Below are positions 16,614 to 20,000 of a stretch of DNA of 20,000 bases, piece by piece. The notes under the pieces are model-generated. The model saw only the letters and a list, made by a program, of their open reading frames with translations, ran no database searches and had not been told where the DNA came from. Source of the DNA: an uncultured virus (IMG/VR IMGVR_UViG_3300025809_000015) (lineage: Duplodnaviria > Heunggongvirae > Uroviricota > Caudoviricetes). The DNA lies in IMG/VR virus record IMGVR_UViG_3300025809_000015. One strand, given 5' to 3'. Positions within the stretch are counted from its first letter, which is position 1. Each line of letters begins with the position of its first letter. The position numbers and the translations under genes are program-made.

Positions 16614-16853
16614 TTATTCTAATTCTCCATTTGACCAAGCTTCATATACAACAGCCATTAAGCCATCATCTGTATCTGCTTCTGAAAATCCTGATTCTGC
16701 ATCCCATTCAAAGAATTCAGTTCCTTTAGGATTTTCTGCAATCCTAACAGTTATATTTTGTCCATCAATTTCCAAATCATATTCTTTAGTAGTTGCCCAC
16801 CAAACTTCTTTGGAATCGTTTACAGTTAGTTCATATTCTTCCGGAGCTGCCAT
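16614..16853 (-). CDS. Hypothetical acidic protein
   Basis: 79 aa, Glu/Asp-rich. Confidence 0.72.
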   Translation of the reverse strand: MAAPEEYELTVNDSKEVWWATTKEYDLEIDGQNITVRIAENPKGTEFFEWDAESGFSEADTDDGLMAVVYEAWSNGELE

Positions 16854-16855
16854 TA

Positions 16856-17113
16856 TTAAATTTTTGTTAGTTTTTCTCTATCAATGTTTTGATCAAAATA
16901 AGAAGGTATTCCTTTTGGTAGTTTACACTTTAAACCCTCAGGTCTAACTTGTACTTTTCCATTTCCACAGAATGTAATTACCTCGCCAATAAATTCTTTA
17001 TCTCTAAATACTGGAAGTACTTCACCTTTTCTGCAAGTCTTTCCTTCTGGGTGAGGTACTGCTGTCATTGGTCTAATCCATTTTACTTTATCGCCTTTTT
17101 TAATTTCTGCCAT
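16856..17113 (-). CDS. Hypothetical protein (KOW/SH3-like start)
   Basis: IKKGDKVKW...GEV...V.V; first gene after a class A promoter. Confidence 0.7.
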   Translation of the reverse strand: MAEIKKGDKVKWIRPMTAVPHPEGKTCRKGEVLPVFRDKEFIGEVITFCGNGKVQVRPEGLKCKLPKGIPSYFDQNIDREKLTKI

Positions 17114-17141
17114 GTTATTTTATAGTTTAATTGTTATAATA

Positions 17142-17171
17142 TAATTATAATCTATTTGCATTAATTCTGAA
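17142..17171 (-). promoter_or_regulatory. Class A promoter TTCAGA-N16-TATAATTA
   Basis: TAATTATA at 17142-17149 and TCTGAA at 17166-17171. Confidence 0.75.
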
Positions 17172-17337
17172 AGTTCTTTTTAAGAAAGATCCATAAAACT
17201 AAATAAATGCATAAAGCTGCAGGTATAACAAATAGAAAGGCTACTCTCCATAAGATTGAAGGTATTCCTGACCATTCTCCTAAACCTTGGCATACACCAC
17301 CAATGTATCCGTTTCCTCTATATAGTTTTGTATTCAT
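17161..17337 (-). CDS. pspC: PspC-domain membrane protein (58 aa)
   Basis: MNTKLYRGNGYIGGVCQGLGEWSGIPSILWRVAFLFVIPAALCIYLVLWIFLKKNFQN matches the PspC pattern KLYR..IGGVCxGL..R..Y...W; not in the ORF track. Confidence 0.85.
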   Translation of the reverse strand: MNTKLYRGNGYIGGVCQGLGEWSGIPSILWRVAFLFVIPAALCIYLVLWIFLKKNFQN

Positions 17338-17353
17338 ATCTTTTTATCTTGGG

Positions 17354-17439
17354 TACCGCTGGAGGGACTCGAACCCTCACTCGCCATTCGGCAAAACAGA
17401 TTTTAAGTCTGTCGTGTCTACCAATTCCACCACAGCGGC
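17354..17439 (-). tRNA. tRNA-Leu(UAA)
   Basis: GCCGCTG/CAGCGGT acceptor, GGTAGAC D loop, ACAGA-CT TAA AA-TCTGT, long variable arm, GAGGG-TTCGAGT-CCCTC. Confidence 0.96.
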
Positions 17440-17446
17440 ATTCGTT

Positions 17447-17695
17447 TTAGAATTGCATATCTAAACCAACCATACTACGGTGTTCTTCTGGTAAGTTATA
17501 CTTTATCAAAAATTCTAACATCTTACTTCTACTTCCTCCCATTGTTGAGCTCCATTCTTCAACAACAGTTTCATTACCATTGCGAGTTTCTATAATGTCA
17601 TACCAATAACCTAGAATATGATCAAATCCCCAATTGAGGTCGACATAAAGATTGTCTTCAGCTATTCCGTGCATTCTTGAATTGTACCTACTCAT
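17447..17695 (-). CDS. Hypothetical protein
   Basis: 82 aa; WGFDH.LGYW motif; first gene after a class A promoter. Confidence 0.75.
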   Translation of the reverse strand: MSRYNSRMHGIAEDNLYVDLNWGFDHILGYWYDIIETRNGNETVVEEWSSTMGGSRSKMLEFLIKYNLPEEHRSMVGLDMQF

Positions 17696-17717
17696 TTTTA
17701 ATTTGTTTGTTATACTA

Positions 17718-17747
17718 TAATTATAATCTATAAAGGTTTATTCTGAA
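17718..17747 (-). promoter_or_regulatory. Class A promoter TTCAGA-N16-TATAATTA
   Basis: TAATTATA at 17718-17725 and TCTGAA at 17742-17747. Confidence 0.75.
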
Positions 17748-17749
17748 AG

Positions 17750-17941
17750 TTAATCTTTACTATTATATCCTATTATAAATTTAATCATACAATATGGCCA
17801 TGCGGTGATCCAAAAGAATCTTTGCCAATTGTTAGTATCTTCTCTACCTGGAGTATCAAACTTTTTCATCAAGTATTCAAACCCAGCTGAAAAGATAATA
17901 CCACAAAGCATGTAAATTGCTATATAATTAATTGTTGTCAT
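17750..17941 (-). CDS. Small membrane protein
   Basis: 63 aa, two hydrophobic segments, AWP motif. Confidence 0.68.
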   Translation of the reverse strand: MTTINYIAIYMLCGIIFSAGFEYLMKKFDTPGREDTNNWQRFFWITAWPYCMIKFIIGYNSKD

Positions 17942-18206
17942 TTTCTAAATTTTTAATATACATATATCTTTCATATTCATCCCTAACAGAATCTCTTTTA
18001 GTATAAATATGCAATGTATCATTTAATATTTCCCAATGTAAGATATCGTCTACCGAGTCTAATACATCTAAGTTTTGACAAGGTATATCTAAAGGTTCTT
18101 CATTTACTATTGATTTTTCTATTGTACTTAAACACATAAAACCAAATAGTAAAGCTAAGATTCCAAATATTACAATCCTTAATTGAGTTTTAATTACTTT
18201 TGTCAT
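17928..18206 (-). CDS. Hypothetical protein with N-terminal TM helix
   Basis: 92 aa; IVIFGILALLFGFMCL. Confidence 0.68.
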   Translation of the reverse strand: MTKVIKTQLRIVIFGILALLFGFMCLSTIEKSIVNEEPLDIPCQNLDVLDSVDDILHWEILNDTLHIYTKRDSVRDEYERYMYIKNLENDNN

Positions 18207-18209
18207 AAT

Positions 18210-18398
18210 TTATTTTACCCATTCTAAGTAAGCCATATTATAGGCAGATACCTTATCTAACTCAGGATCATCCTTCATAAATATTGCAGCTGTTGTTATA
18301 ACCTCTTGTTTTAAATTATAGGCATTGGCTTCTGTTAATATTTCTTCTATTTGAATGTTCTCTTCTATGAAGTCCCATTCTCTTCCACTATTAATCAT
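18210..18398 (-). CDS. Hypothetical phage protein
   Basis: 62 aa; IEEILTEANAYNL...AY.EWVK. Confidence 0.72.
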   Translation of the reverse strand: MINSGREWDFIEENIQIEEILTEANAYNLKQEVITTAAIFMKDDPELDKVSAYNMAYLEWVK

Positions 18399-18792
18399 TT
18401 GTTATCTTTTTTAAATAAGGTTTTCGGTCAGCCATTTGTAACCAATAGTTTTCACCGTAATGAGTACAAATTTCTTCGTCTTTTTTAATGTCTCTTTTTG
18501 CTATGTAATCAAAATGCATATTCTCTTCACTATCAATCCAATAAGCATTATGATTATCATCATGATTGTAAACACAACCTCCACCAGTAGGAAGTACTAA
18601 AGTTATAAACTTACCTTCTTGTGGATAATTAAAAACATAGTCATATATCATACCTAGCTCGGATACTTTAGTATCAACAGGTATAAGATAACATTTTTCA
18701 ATTAGTTCTCCTTCTTTAATATCTTCTGCTGCGTAGACTCCCATACCCTTGCCTTGCGTTTCTTTAAGATATATTTTAGTTGTTCTATTCAT
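18391..18792 (-). CDS. SET-domain protein-lysine methyltransferase
   Basis: GKGMGVYA..DI.EGE, YNH...N, IAKRDI...EEI..HYG..YW. Confidence 0.9.
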   Translation of the reverse strand: MNRTTKIYLKETQGKGMGVYAAEDIKEGELIEKCYLIPVDTKVSELGMIYDYVFNYPQEGKFITLVLPTGGGCVYNHDDNHNAYWIDSEENMHFDYIAKRDIKKDEEICTHYGENYWLQMADRKPYLKKITND

Positions 18793-18794
18793 AA

Positions 18795-18965
18795 TTACTT
18801 TTTACAGCTAGCCTCTGCGCTAACTCCAATAACAAGGAGTATACAAGCCAGTGGGATATGACCTACAAAACCTTCGCCTTGCGCAACTGCCCAAGTTAGT
18901 AGAGAGATGCCCACTAACATACAAGCTAGCCAGCTCTGTTCTTTTATTTTATTCCATCTTTTCAT
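18795..18965 (-). CDS. Small two-TM membrane protein (56 aa)
   Basis: MKRWNKIKEQSWLACMLVGISLLTWAVAQGEGFVGHIPLACILLVIGVSAEASCKK; not in the ORF track. Confidence 0.6.
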   Translation of the reverse strand: MKRWNKIKEQSWLACMLVGISLLTWAVAQGEGFVGHIPLACILLVIGVSAEASCKK

Positions 18966-19047
18966 TTCTTATTATTTATTATTAGTATTTGCATTCTTTA
19001 TAGGGCGGTCGCACATCCGTCGCACATTTTATACTGAAAGCACATAG

Positions 19048-19185
19048 TTAACCAATCAAGTCCGTAATCAAATGCCAAAAAGCAAATGATACACCGTAGA
19101 CTATTAGACCACATAAACATGCCATAAAACTCCATCCACAAAACCAGATACAGCTCTCACAAAATCGTAGTACTTTATTCCTCAT
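19048..19185 (-). CDS. Small Cys-rich membrane protein (45 aa)
   Basis: MRNKVLRFCESCIWFCGWSFMACLCGLIVYGVSFAFWHLITDLIG; overlaps the upstream stop; not in the ORF track. Confidence 0.55.
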   Translation of the reverse strand: MRNKVLRFCESCIWFCGWSFMACLCGLIVYGVSFAFWHLITDLIG

Positions 19186-19555
19186 CTTTAAATACATTTT
19201 TTAGTTTAACCTGCTTCTTAGCTAACTCAGCTTCTTCCATCATATCATCAAACCCGTCATCCCAATAGTAATCTACAACTTCTTCATAATCCTCTATATC
19301 AACATGAGTAATAGTCGGTACATTATCTGGTATAACGAATGCAGTAAATTCTACACCACTACCATATCTAGGTCTATTAGCCAACGCATATTTAAATTCG
19401 CTATTAGCAAAACCTATAGTAGTAGCATTACCGTAATAGACCGCGTTGACTCCGTCTTCCTTATAGTGTCCACCAGTCGCGCCGCATTGGCAGGTCCTGG
19501 TAGTCTTTGATAGTTTCACGATGTCCTCGCAAGAGTTACAGAGTAGTAGTTTCAT
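19175..19555 (-). CDS. Hypothetical Zn-binding phage protein
   Basis: CNSC.D......TCQCG..GG.Y; acidic C-terminus. Confidence 0.75.
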   Translation of the reverse strand: MKLLLCNSCEDIVKLSKTTRTCQCGATGGHYKEDGVNAVYYGNATTIGFANSEFKYALANRPRYGSGVEFTAFVIPDNVPTITHVDIEDYEEVVDYYWDDGFDDMMEEAELAKKQVKLKNVFKDEE

Positions 19556-19561
19556 TGTTTC

Positions 19562-19714
19562 TTATTTGCGCCAGTTGTTAATAGTATTACCACAGTACAA
19601 CACGGATACTACCAGACCAATGTATACAACGAATCGCAGAGATAGGGCGATGTTGTCTAGGGCTAGTTTGATTGATGTCACATCTGTTGAGTTTTGAGTA
19701 AGGGCTTCTAACAT
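19562..19714 (-). CDS. Small membrane protein (50 aa)
   Basis: MLEALTQNSTDVTSIKLALDNIALSLRFVVYIGLVVSVLYCGNTINNWRK; directly after a class A promoter; not in the ORF track. Confidence 0.62.
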   Translation of the reverse strand: MLEALTQNSTDVTSIKLALDNIALSLRFVVYIGLVVSVLYCGNTINNWRK

Positions 19715-19743
19715 ATTTTTCTTTTTTAAGTTGTTATTTAAAT

Positions 19744-19773
19744 TAAATATAACAAGTGTACCTCAACTCTGAA
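19744..19773 (-). promoter_or_regulatory. Class A promoter TTCAGA-N16-TATATTTA
   Basis: TAAATATA at 19744-19751 and TCTGAA at 19768-19773. Confidence 0.75.
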
Positions 19774-20000
19774 AGTGTTATAAGACTTTTTTTACACATA
19801 TTTTTTTCGGGCTAGTTTTTTTCTGGACTAGAAATGCGTATTATAGACATCTATTTACTAGTGAGATCTGGAAGTAGCTCATTTTCTAGACTGGAAATTT
19901 TTGAAATGGTAAAAGTCATGCGCCCAGTAGACCTCTAGATTCCCAAGAGAAAAATACACTTAAAGAGAAAGATACTCTTAACTTATCTCTTAGCCCTTTG

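Overview
AT-rich, gene-dense segment of a large lytic tailed phage, probably T4-like/jumbo, inferred to infect Bacteroidota (Flavobacteriia). The host inference rests on a Bacteroidota-type bS21, a T9SS-like C-terminal signal and the general lack of Shine-Dalgarno sequences. Most genes are on the minus strand and standard code 11 fits. Contents: the 5' ~4 kb of a collagen-repeat tail-fibre gene missing from the ORF track; dCMP deaminase; two HAD phosphatases; ATP-dependent DNA ligase; a 2OG-Fe(II) oxygenase; DnaJ; a lysozyme-like protein; a TraR/DksA-type Zn finger; a YkgJ-like protein; bS21; a PspC-domain protein; a SET-domain protein; three canonical tRNAs (Gln-UUG, Arg-UCU, Leu-UAA); and many small hypothetical genes. 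The most notable items are (i) a D-armless, rearranged tRNA-like RNA with a UAU loop between tRNA-Arg and bS21, (ii) a phage protein with a Sec signal plus a T9SS-like CTD, (iii) a plus-strand four-gene operon whose products carry T4 capsid-targeting-like leaders, and (iv) recurrent promoter motif classes, one with a fixed-distance DnaA-box-like element. All family calls come from motif recognition by eye; no database search was run.
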